A stretch of DNA of 64,000 nucleotides from Xanthomonas sp. (GTDB lineage Bacteria > Pseudomonadota > Gammaproteobacteria > Xanthomonadales > SZUA-5), in contig JAIMJQ010000001.1 of NCBI GenBank assembly GCA_020693165.1, positions 142-64,141 of the forward strand, given 5' to 3'. The notes under the pieces are model-generated. The model searched no databases, was not told where the DNA came from, and saw nothing but the letters and a program-made list of their open reading frames with translations. Below, piece after piece: positions 18,112-25,782 of the stretch (position 1 is the stretch's first letter; the number at the start of each line of letters is the position of its first letter). A program made the position numbers and the translations under genes.

Positions 18112-19263
18112 ATGGGTCTTTTGCAGGCGGTGGCGGGTTCGATCGGCGGTACGCTGGCCGACCAGTGGAAGGACTTCTACACAGTTCCGGACGGCTTGCC
18201 GGCGACGGCGGCGCTGTTCGCTGCGGTGCCGCGCGGCAGCAACGCCGGACGCGGGTCCAATGTCAGGTCTTCCTCGAACATCATCACCAACGGGTCGAAG
18301 ATCGTCGTGCCCGAAGGCTACGGGCTGTTGCTGTTCCAGGATGGCGGGATCACTGGCTTCGTGGCCGAGCCCGGCGCTTACGAGTGGCGTTCGGACGACC
18401 TCAACTCGAAGTCGATCTTCTCCGGCGACGGCATCGTCGACTCGCTGATCACGCAGAGTTGGGAGCGCTTCAAGTTCGGCGGCCAGCCGGGTTCGCAGCA
18501 GGCGGCGTTCTTTGTCTCGCTGAAGGAGTTGCCCGACAACCGCTTCGGCACGCAGTCGGAAATCTACTGGGACGACGGCTTTCTCAATACCCAGGTCGGC
18601 GCGGTGACACGTGGCTCGTACACGCTGAAGATCGTCGATCCGATCCTGTTCGTGAAGCAGTTCGTGCCGGCCGCGTATCTGCAGCCGGGCCAGATCTTTG
18701 ATTTCACCGACATGGACAATGCTGCCGCCAGCCAGCTGTTCAACGAAGTGGTGGGTTCGCTGGCGCCGGCGTTCAGCCTGTACACCAACGACCCGTCCAA
18801 GGGCAATCGGATCACCAAGCTGCAGCAGGATTCGATCGGTTTCGCCCGCAGCTTGTCCGCTGCGGTGGAGAATGCCTACCAGTGGAAGTCCGATCGCGGC
18901 CTGGTCATCGCCAAGACCGCCATTGTTTCGATCGAGTACGACGCCAACACGCGGGAACTGCTGAAGACGGTGCAACGCGCCGATGCGCTGTCCGGTGCGC
19001 GCGGCAACTCCAATCTGCAGGCCAGCGTCGCGGCAGGCATCCAGTCGGCGGGCGAGACCAGCGGTGCGGCGGGCGTCATCGGCATCGGCATGGCGAGCGG
19101 CATGCTCGGCGGCATCGGCGGCTTGCAGCAGCCGGTGGCGCCAACTGCGCCGGCCGCAGAAGACCCGATCACCAAATTGAAGAAGGCCAAGGAGATGCTC
19201 GATATGGGCTTGATCACCCAGGCCGACTATGACGCCGTCAAAGCCAAGGCTTTGGGTCTCTGA
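18112..19263 (+). CDS. SPFH/Band-7-like protein of the YdjI / 'virion core protein'-like family with a C-terminal SHOCT domain
   Basis: ATG 18112 is preceded by GGAG. MGLLQAVAGSIGGTLADQWKDFY...IVVPEGYGLLLFQDG is typical of this family as I recall it. The C-terminus ITKLKKAKEMLDMGLITQADYDAVKAKALGL is a SHOCT-type short oligomerisation motif. Confidence 0.75.
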   Translation: MGLLQAVAGSIGGTLADQWKDFYTVPDGLPATAALFAAVPRGSNAGRGSNVRSSSNIITNGSKIVVPEGYGLLLFQDGGITGFVAEPGAYEWRSDDLNSKSIFSGDGIVDSLITQSWERFKFGGQPGSQQAAFFVSLKELPDNRFGTQSEIYWDDGFLNTQVGAVTRGSYTLKIVDPILFVKQFVPAAYLQPGQIFDFTDMDNAAASQLFNEVVGSLAPAFSLYTNDPSKGNRITKLQQDSIGFARSLSAAVENAYQWKSDRGLVIAKTAIVSIEYDANTRELLKTVQRADALSGARGNSNLQASVAAGIQSAGETSGAAGVIGIGMASGMLGGIGGLQQPVAPTAPAAEDPITKLKKAKEMLDMGLITQADYDAVKAKALGL

Positions 19264-19268
19264 GCAGC

Positions 19269-20576
19269 ATGTCGAATGCCATTCCGCCACCACCGCCCCC
19301 GCCTTCTGGTCCGGGGTCGCCGCAGGACGTGCCGCCACTGCCGGGCAGCTTTCCGATCGACCCGGCGACGCTGCCCAAGGCGATCCGCGATGAACTCGAG
19401 GCGCCCGATCCGGTCGCTATCGACACCTCGGCCGCCGAGCTCAAGGATGGCCTCAACCACTGCCCGAAATGCGGCGCGAGCGACATTCGCCACAAGCCCG
19501 GCAGCGACCTGCTGATCTGCGCTTACTGCCGCAATGAGTGGCATGGCGAACGGGTCGAGGAGGCGTTCGGTTTTGGCGAGGGCATCGAGGACCTCACCGG
19601 CACCGTGGTCGCGTCCGGCGCGCGCGACATCGCGGCCGATGCCGCCAGCCTGATCAGCTTCAAGTGCAACGGCTGCGGCGCCGAAGTGACGGTCAACACC
19701 GAAAGCACGATGACTGCGCGCTGCCACTGGTGTCGCCACGTCTTCGGCGTCAACGAGCAGGTGGCCAACGGCGCGGTGCCGGACGCGGTGCTGCCGTTTC
19801 ACATCAAGAAGGACGACGCGGTCGCGCGTATTCGCCAGTTCGTCGACAAGCGGCGATTGTTTGCGCTGAAGGCCTTCAAAGAGGAGTTCACTCCGGAGAA
19901 CGTCGTCGGCGTCTACTTGCCCTACATGATTGTCGACGGCAAGCTGCGGGCGGTCGTCGACGGCCAGGGCGAGATCGAGACGCGCCGTTACTCCACGGGC
20001 AGCGGTAACGACAAGAAGACCTACTACGATGCCGATGTGTACCGGGTGGAGCGGCAGGTGGACTTCACCGTGGACGATTTGACGCTGGAGTCCTCCAGCG
20101 AGCGCGGCAACCTCGACGCTCGCGCCAACACCAACAACATCATCAACACCATCCTGCCGTTCGACACCAAGAACGCGGTGAAGTGGAACGCGTCGTACCT
20201 GTCCGGCTACACCTCGGAAAAACGCGACCGCGACGTCGAGCACCTGCGCCCGCGGCTGGAAGACCAACTGCTGTCGATCGCTCGCGCGCAGGTCGCCGAA
20301 TCGGTGCGGCAGTACGATCGCGGCGTACGCTGGGAGCGCGAGGGCATCACCATTCACGGCACGCGCTGGGTAGCGATGTACCTGCCGGTATGGCTGTATT
20401 CGTATCACCAGCAGGGCACGAACGGCGGCCTGCTGCACTACATCGCGGTGAACGGCCGCACCGGCGAGACCATGGGCAGCGTGCCGGTGCAGCAGTGGAA
20501 GCTGCTGACCGCCGCGCTGACCGTCGGCACCTTCCTCGAAGGCATCGCACTCTGGATTCTGGCGACCCAATCATGA
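19269..20576 (+). CDS. Double zinc-ribbon (TFIIB-type) membrane-anchored protein, YdjG-like
   Basis: There is a Pro-rich N-terminus and two CxxC..CxxC ribbons (CPKCG...CAYC; CNGCG...CHWC). Also present are the conserved YLPVWLYSY...YIAVNGRTGETMGSVP block and a C-terminal TM segment (LLTAALTVGTFLEGIALWILA). It starts 5 nt after the SPFH gene. Confidence 0.7.
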   Translation: MSNAIPPPPPPPSGPGSPQDVPPLPGSFPIDPATLPKAIRDELEAPDPVAIDTSAAELKDGLNHCPKCGASDIRHKPGSDLLICAYCRNEWHGERVEEAFGFGEGIEDLTGTVVASGARDIAADAASLISFKCNGCGAEVTVNTESTMTARCHWCRHVFGVNEQVANGAVPDAVLPFHIKKDDAVARIRQFVDKRRLFALKAFKEEFTPENVVGVYLPYMIVDGKLRAVVDGQGEIETRRYSTGSGNDKKTYYDADVYRVERQVDFTVDDLTLESSSERGNLDARANTNNIINTILPFDTKNAVKWNASYLSGYTSEKRDRDVEHLRPRLEDQLLSIARAQVAESVRQYDRGVRWEREGITIHGTRWVAMYLPVWLYSYHQQGTNGGLLHYIAVNGRTGETMGSVPVQQWKLLTAALTVGTFLEGIALWILATQS

Positions 20577-20830
20577 GCGACGACAATGGACTGTTTTTGC
20601 TGCTGCTTGGCCCCGCCGCCGCCACCGGCCTCTACTGGAGCCTGTACCGGCATTATCGCAACACCGACAAATCCCATGCTTTCGAACGCGAAACCATCGT
20701 GAATGCCCAGCCGGTCACCGGCTCGGACGACAAGGTTGGCGAGGTGAAAGGAACGCGGGATTCGAGGATCAGCGGCGACAACGTGCATGCGTACCGCCAG
20801 CGCGTGCAGCGCAGGCAGGTCGATACCTGA
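20573..20830 (+). CDS. Small membrane protein (85 aa), hypothetical
   Basis: The internal ATG at 20573 forms an ATGA overlap with the stop of the zinc-ribbon gene. One N-terminal TM segment (LFLLLLGPAAATGLYWSLY) is present. No family is recognised. Confidence 0.5.
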   Translation: MSDDNGLFLLLLGPAAATGLYWSLYRHYRNTDKSHAFERETIVNAQPVTGSDDKVGEVKGTRDSRISGDNVHAYRQRVQRRQVDT

Positions 20831-21593
20831 GGCAAGCGTTCGCCCGATCGGCGCGTTGGCTGACGACCGGCGTCTGCATCCGGGTCCTTGTTGGCGGCGG
20901 CCTTGTCGTATAGCCCGCCAGCTCCTCCTCCACCGACCACACGACCTTGCGCGCGCAGGTCGATCCGACGCCTGGCACTGCGCGCAACTCGGATTCGGCG
21001 GCAGCCATCACCGCACGCACGCTGCCGAAGTGGTCCAGCAGGCGCGCGGCGCGCTCCGGTCCGATGCCGGGCAGGCCCTGCAGCAGGCGCAGTGGCAGAC
21101 CGCGCTTGCCTCTGGGTCGCACTCGCATCCTCGGGAGCCCGCCGTCTGCAATCGTTTCTCTCTGGTTGGCGATGCTCTCCAGCAGTTGCGCCGATTCGGT
21201 GGCGTTGGTCGACCGCAACACGGGAATTCCGAAAAACACCGAGACGGTGGCCAGTGCGGCGCGCATGGATGCGCCGGTCATCTTCGAGTCGCGCAGATCG
21301 GCGGTGGTGCCTTCGATCAGCAACGCGCACACCCCGGTGGAAGCACTCGCGGGGGAGCGTCGCTTGACTACGGATGCGAGGCGAAGGGTCTGCCGAAACA
21401 GGCGCCCATCCTTGATCGACGCCGCGAGGTCGACAAGCGACTTGCGCTCGATCAGGATGCGGTCATCGATCAGGTAGTCGCCGAAGTCGAGCTGCGCAAA
21501 GGCAGTCGACCAGGCGGGGTTGGCTGCCAGTCGACCAGCCAGCTCGCTGCGGGACTCGCGATGGTCGATACGCAGTGAATGCGTCCGGTACAT
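20769..21593 (-). CDS. ERCC4 (XPF/Mus81-type) nuclease domain protein with C-terminal (HhH)2
   Basis: The intact nuclease signature GDYLIDDRILIERKSLVDL (GDxnERKx3D) is followed by DGRLFRQ and a helix-hairpin-helix LLQGLPGIGPERAARLLDHFGS...LRAVPGVG. The start is taken at ATG 21593, whose SD spacing is poor, so the start is uncertain. The Arg-rich C-terminal ~55 aa may be an overrun. Confidence 0.75.
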   Translation of the reverse strand: MYRTHSLRIDHRESRSELAGRLAANPAWSTAFAQLDFGDYLIDDRILIERKSLVDLAASIKDGRLFRQTLRLASVVKRRSPASASTGVCALLIEGTTADLRDSKMTGASMRAALATVSVFFGIPVLRSTNATESAQLLESIANQRETIADGGLPRMRVRPRGKRGLPLRLLQGLPGIGPERAARLLDHFGSVRAVMAAAESELRAVPGVGSTCARKVVWSVEEELAGYTTRPPPTRTRMQTPVVSQRADRANACLRYRPACAARAGGTHARCRR

Positions 21594-21729
21594 CTCCTGA
21601 GTCCCCCGGGTGATGGCGGGAATCCAGAGTTCCCACCTGCGCACGGGTTGCAGGCAAGCTGTCCGGACTGCTGAACCGCGTGCTCCGCCCTTCCACGCAG
21701 CGTCGCGATGGAGCCTTGCGACGCTTTGC

Positions 21730-22233
21730 TCAGGGTGAACGGTCCTGGGGGTTGGTCCCGAGCTCAAAGTACGGCAGCAGCGCCTTGGCCGCTTCGATCC
21801 GCAGCGCCAGTGCGACACTGTCGTCGTTCATGATCTGCAGCAGGAATTGCCTGGGGGCGAGGCGCGTCGTTGCGGCCGCGGGCAGGGCGGGCGGGAGGTC
21901 GATTGCGCTGGGCGGCGTTGCGGTCACGCGTGCATCGAGGCGCTCCAGCGCGGCGTCGAATGCCGACGGCGGGATGCTGGCCAGAGTGCTGAGTACGCCA
22001 GCCTGACGGTAGCTGCCGGTCACGGCGAACGCGGGTGCGGGCAGTTCCAGGTCGGTCTGAACTCCACGCCACACCGTTGAACGTTGATCCCAGTCATCCG
22101 GTCGCGCCAGTTCCAGCACCATGGCACGTGCCCTGTGCCGTTCGATCAGGGCCGTTCCCGCATCAGCGCCGGCATCGGCGGCCGGGCGCGGGAGGAACAA
22201 GCGCCGCAACTCGGTGTGCCGGCGGTCGGTCAT
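21730..22233 (-). CDS. Hypothetical protein (167 aa), Ala/Pro-rich, upstream partner of the ERCC4 nuclease
   Basis: ATG start, same strand as the nuclease gene and 136 nt upstream of it. The C-terminal motif FLLQIMNDDSVALALRIEAAKALLPYFE resembles motifs I associate with phage/ICE small proteins (weak recollection). Confidence 0.5.
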   Translation of the reverse strand: MTDRRHTELRRLFLPRPAADAGADAGTALIERHRARAMVLELARPDDWDQRSTVWRGVQTDLELPAPAFAVTGSYRQAGVLSTLASIPPSAFDAALERLDARVTATPPSAIDLPPALPAAATTRLAPRQFLLQIMNDDSVALALRIEAAKALLPYFELGTNPQDRSP

Positions 22234-22470
22234 CGGCGGCTCTTCGCCAGCGCGGGGCGCGCCATTGGAAAGATCTCCTGGAAGGAAACAGCACGCGGCG
22301 CTGCCGCCGCCGGCCGGCTCGGAATTGGCGCACCTTCAACTCGCGGTCATCCACCAGTCGGGTGTTTCTGCTGTGATTCATGCGATCACCGGCGACTGCA
22401 ATCGGTTGTGCCGAGCAGCGCGAAATGCCAACCTGCCGCGCATCGGCCGGCTTGGTCATCAACCGGGCCG

Positions 22471-22836
22471 ATGGTCCTCGGCTACCGGGCAGTTGTATCT
22501 GGCGCGGCTGTTGCGGCAAATCGAAGACCAGCAGTTCGGCTCGCTCTCCCTCCGGGTTTGACCAGCCTGCTGCTGGTTGCCACCGCCGCAACCGCCGACG
22601 ACACGAACAGCAAGACCATCGAGGGATACGACGGCCCAGTGACGGTGACCTGGGGACAGCCGGCGCCGTTGCCTGATCAGGGTCGGCCGATCTTCGACGA
22701 ACTGGACGCCGACAACGATGGCCGGCTGCTGCCGGAGGAGACCGCATCGCACCGAGTGCCGCACAGCGCCTTCATTTGCGCCGATGCCAATCGCAATGGC
22801 GCGATCAACAAGTCAGAGCTGGAGCGCTGGGACTGA
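22471..22836 (+). CDS. EF-hand calcium-binding protein, probably exported
   Basis: Two canonical EF-hand loops, DADNDGRLLPEE and DANRNGAINKSELE, with a hydrophobic LTSLLLVATAATA segment before them. The start is uncertain (ATG 22471 chosen; the track ORF starts at 22084). Confidence 0.6.
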   Translation: MVLGYRAVVSGAAVAANRRPAVRLALPPGLTSLLLVATAATADDTNSKTIEGYDGPVTVTWGQPAPLPDQGRPIFDELDADNDGRLLPEETASHRVPHSAFICADANRNGAINKSELERWD

Positions 22837-22857
22837 ATAGTGTCGACGCAGCGCCCG

Positions 22858-22888
22858 GGGCAGGTCACGGCTTCGCGATGACCTGCCC
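22858..22888. terminator. Bidirectional hairpin between convergent genes
   Basis: GGGCAGGTCA (22858-22867) and TGACCTGCCC (22879-22888) form a perfect 10-bp stem with an 11-nt loop, between the EF-hand gene and the metalloprotease gene. Confidence 0.55.
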
Positions 22889-22902
22889 GTGCCCTGCGCA
22901 GC

Positions 22903-25587
22903 CTACTCGAACCCATCCCCGAACAGCGCGTCGGTGATGCTGAGCGTGAACTCGCGCGTCTCGATCGCGCCGCAGGTGTCGCCGGTGCTGACGCGGATGG
23001 TGTACTCGCCGATCGGCGTGGCCGCGCCCACATTGACGGTCACCACGCCCGCCGCATCGATGCCGACGCTGCCGCCGCCGGGCAGGGTGGTGGGCTCGAC
23101 GCCGGTGCCGCTCAAGTTGTCGTTGCCGTCGGCCGGCGGCGCGCTCGGCGTGACGTCGATGCTGCCCGCGGCCGGTGGCATGCTGACGTTGGCATAAGTT
23201 CCCAGGGTCGGCGTCAGGTTGCGCCCGACATTCACGTTGACCAGCGCGGTGCTGACCGAACCGCCGCTGTCGAGGACCACCAGCGTGACGGGGTAGACGC
23301 GCGATCCGCTGCTCGGCGCCACCAGGGTGCACTCCGCGGTGGCCGAGAGCGTCACCGTGCCGCCATCGTTGGCCACGGTGACGATCAACTCCGGCGGTGC
23401 GCCGCTGTCGTCGACCACCAGGCTGCCGGCTGGGTCCTGGGTGTCGCTCACCGTCGCAACCGGGCCGGTGGTGGTCGGTGAGCCTTGCCGGGTGGTCACC
23501 GAGCCGTTGACGACCAGGGTCGGTGGGGTGTTCGTACCGGTAATCGCAAAGTTGGCGTCGGATATGTCGAAATAGACGTTGTCGACCGCGGCGATGCGCA
23601 CGCGCGCGCTGTTGGTCGCGGGGATGTCGGCGGGCACGAGGAAATCCGCGCTGCCGTCGTTGGCGGTCTGCAGCGAGTACGGGTAGCTCTGGCCGCCGTC
23701 CAGCGACAGCGAGATCTGCACCTGGCTGGTGTTGATCGGCGCGGCGTTGGTCCCGGCAACGTCCCAGGTGATCGTTTGGGTGCTTCCCGCGGCCCAGGAG
23801 ACCGCCGTGTTCGGCGCGGTGACGCGGAACGGGCCGGCCGCCGTGGTCACCGTGAGCAGCGTCGACGCTTCATTGGTGCCGCCGCCGCCGGCGCGATTGT
23901 CGCGTGCAGTGACGCGGAAATTGAGCGCACGATTGGTGCTGGGCAGGACTTCGCCGGTGAAGAAGGCGGGCGTGGTGGTGCCGGGCTGAGGCGCGGTGGC
24001 CGGCACGGCGTTGGCGTTGTTGAGGATGTAGCGCAGGCTCGGGAACACGCGCGTCGGGTCGACCGTGGGAATGAAGCTGCGGAAGATCGGCCGCGCGCCA
24101 TCGTCCACCAGCACGCCGGCCGGGTTCGCTGGCCCGAGGTCGTACTGTTCCCAGATATAGGTGAGGCTGTCGCCGTCTGTGTCGTTGCCGGTTGCCGCGA
24201 GTTCGAATGGGGTCAATTGCGGAATCGTGAATGCCGCCGCCGTGGTCACCGTCGGCGGCGTGTTTCCGGTGGCGCTGGTGGCGCCGCAGCTGGAACCACC
24301 GCCAGTGGTGGTGAAAGCCAGCATCTGATCGAGGCTGCGGCGATGGAAGTAATCCTCGCTGTTGTCCTGCAGGTCGTCGGCGCCGCAAATGCCGGCGTAG
24401 GCCTGGATGGTGAGGCCGCTGCCGGGTTCATAGGCGCTGGTCGGGCTGCGGTTGCTGCCTGCACAGTTGCCGCCGGAGCCGTTGAAGGTGTGCGCTCCGC
24501 CGTACTGATGACCGATCTCGTGGGCGACAAAGTCGATATCGAAGGTGTCGCCCACCGGTGAGCCGAGGCCGGTGACGCCGCGCGCCTTGCCGCTGGCCGA
24601 GCACACCGATTGCAGCGTGGCGACGCCGCCACCGCCGGTGCTGACCACATGCCCGATGTCGTAGTTGGCGCTGCCGATGACGTTGGTCAGGTTGGTCTGG
24701 TTTTGCCCCAGCATGGCGCTGCCGCTGTTGTTGGTGTAGGGGTCGGTGGTGCCGTCGGTGTAGATGATCAGGTCATTGTTGGCGATCAGTTCCATGCGCA
24801 CCGCCAGCTCGCGCTCGTAGATGCCGTTGACCCGGTTGACGGTGGTGGCGATTGCCGCCAGGCCGTCGGCCACGGTGCCGCCGTGAAACGCCGTGTATTC
24901 GCCGGTGGCGGCCATCGCCAGCCGGTGCGTGCGCAGGGTGGCGCCGGAAACGACGGCCGGACTCACGCCGCGCTTGGAGAAATCGGGCAGGTCCTCAGGC
25001 AGCGCCTCGCCGGTGACTTCGCAGACTGGACGCTGACCCTGCCGTTGCGCGTCGCGCTTGTGATACACCATCGCATGCCCGGTATCGCCGGGCTGCAGCG
25101 GGTCGATCAGCACGGTGCCGCGCCAGGAGATGACCTGCGCGTGGAAGCCCTTGTGGCTGACGTCGAGGCGCACGGTTGCGGTCGGGTCGCTGATGCCCTG
25201 ACCCATCCAGCTGCGAATCTGCGGATAACGGGCAGCCAACTCGGGCGCCATCACCGGCGACTCGACGATGCGGAAGTCTTCGAAGCGACCGTCCGGCAGC
25301 GGCAGTTGCAGCGTGGCGGGGCTGCGCGACACGGCGACGCTGGACTCGTCAGGCGCAAACGCCAGCACGCGGTCGAGCGCGGCGGCATCGATGCGCAGGG
25401 TGCGGTAGTGCAGCGGCATGACGCTGCGCGCAGGTGCCGGCATCGAGCGCTGGGGATTGCCCTCGCCGAGGTCCGTCCAGATGCCGTCGCGCGACGGGTT
25501 GGCATGCGCCGAGACAGCGCAAAGCAGGGTCAGCAGGGCGGCAGCCACGCGCAGCGGGCTGCGCAATTCGGGGCAGGGTGCGGGCAT
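22903..25587 (-). CDS. Secreted zinc metalloprotease, reprolysin/metzincin-like (HExxHxxGxxH), with a long C-terminal beta-rich region
   Basis: 894 aa with a signal peptide (LRVAAALLTLLCAVSAHA) and the catalytic motif HEIGHQYGGAH. The C-terminal ~450 aa are T/G/V/A-rich and repetitive. Confidence 0.85.
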   Translation of the reverse strand: MPAPCPELRSPLRVAAALLTLLCAVSAHANPSRDGIWTDLGEGNPQRSMPAPARSVMPLHYRTLRIDAAALDRVLAFAPDESSVAVSRSPATLQLPLPDGRFEDFRIVESPVMAPELAARYPQIRSWMGQGISDPTATVRLDVSHKGFHAQVISWRGTVLIDPLQPGDTGHAMVYHKRDAQRQGQRPVCEVTGEALPEDLPDFSKRGVSPAVVSGATLRTHRLAMAATGEYTAFHGGTVADGLAAIATTVNRVNGIYERELAVRMELIANNDLIIYTDGTTDPYTNNSGSAMLGQNQTNLTNVIGSANYDIGHVVSTGGGGVATLQSVCSASGKARGVTGLGSPVGDTFDIDFVAHEIGHQYGGAHTFNGSGGNCAGSNRSPTSAYEPGSGLTIQAYAGICGADDLQDNSEDYFHRRSLDQMLAFTTTGGGSSCGATSATGNTPPTVTTAAAFTIPQLTPFELAATGNDTDGDSLTYIWEQYDLGPANPAGVLVDDGARPIFRSFIPTVDPTRVFPSLRYILNNANAVPATAPQPGTTTPAFFTGEVLPSTNRALNFRVTARDNRAGGGGTNEASTLLTVTTAAGPFRVTAPNTAVSWAAGSTQTITWDVAGTNAAPINTSQVQISLSLDGGQSYPYSLQTANDGSADFLVPADIPATNSARVRIAAVDNVYFDISDANFAITGTNTPPTLVVNGSVTTRQGSPTTTGPVATVSDTQDPAGSLVVDDSGAPPELIVTVANDGGTVTLSATAECTLVAPSSGSRVYPVTLVVLDSGGSVSTALVNVNVGRNLTPTLGTYANVSMPPAAGSIDVTPSAPPADGNDNLSGTGVEPTTLPGGGSVGIDAAGVVTVNVGAATPIGEYTIRVSTGDTCGAIETREFTLSITDALFGDGFE

Positions 25588-25690
25588 CGAATGTCCGGGT
25601 CGGCAATGGGGGGAGCAGAGTATCGATCAACCGGCGGAAATTGAAGTCAACAATGGACTTCGATCGAAGCCCTGGCTTTTGCCGGAGTCT

Positions 25691-25764
25691 CAACAGCGTC
25701 CGCACAAGGTCCGGACCCACGGGCTGGCCGCGATTCCGTGGGTCCGGACTTGTCCGGACGCTTC
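25691..25764. repeat. Family A repeat variant (CCGGAC instead of CCAGAC), two inverted units
   Basis: caacagcgtccgcacaaggtccggacccacggg (25691-25723) and cgtgggtccggacttgtccggacgcttc (25737-25764). Confidence 0.75.
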
Positions 25765-25782
25765 CGCTGGGGCCGCGGCGCG

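Noticed and set aside
19227-20570. 447-aa minus-strand ORF
   Set aside because: It is antisense to the zinc-ribbon gene, whose CxxC pairs and conserved C-terminal block support the plus-strand reading.
21730-22233. Annotating the 167-aa protein as a phage terminase small subunit
   Set aside because: The only basis is a vague recollection of the motif LRIEAAKALLPY in phage/ICE proteins. There are no other phage genes nearby, so it is left as hypothetical.
22084-22470. 129-codon upstream extension of the EF-hand ORF
   Set aside because: It overlaps the divergent 167-aa gene start region and translates to Arg/Gly/Cys-rich low-complexity sequence. The EF-hand domain begins well downstream.
17913-22900. 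Calling the tRNA-Gln-adjacent block a bona fide integrated genomic island or prophage
   Set aside because: There is no integrase, and no direct repeat of the tRNA 3' end at the far side (only an adjacent inverted copy). GC content and codon style look like the rest of the window by eye. I keep it as an accessory-looking stretch, not a demonstrated island.
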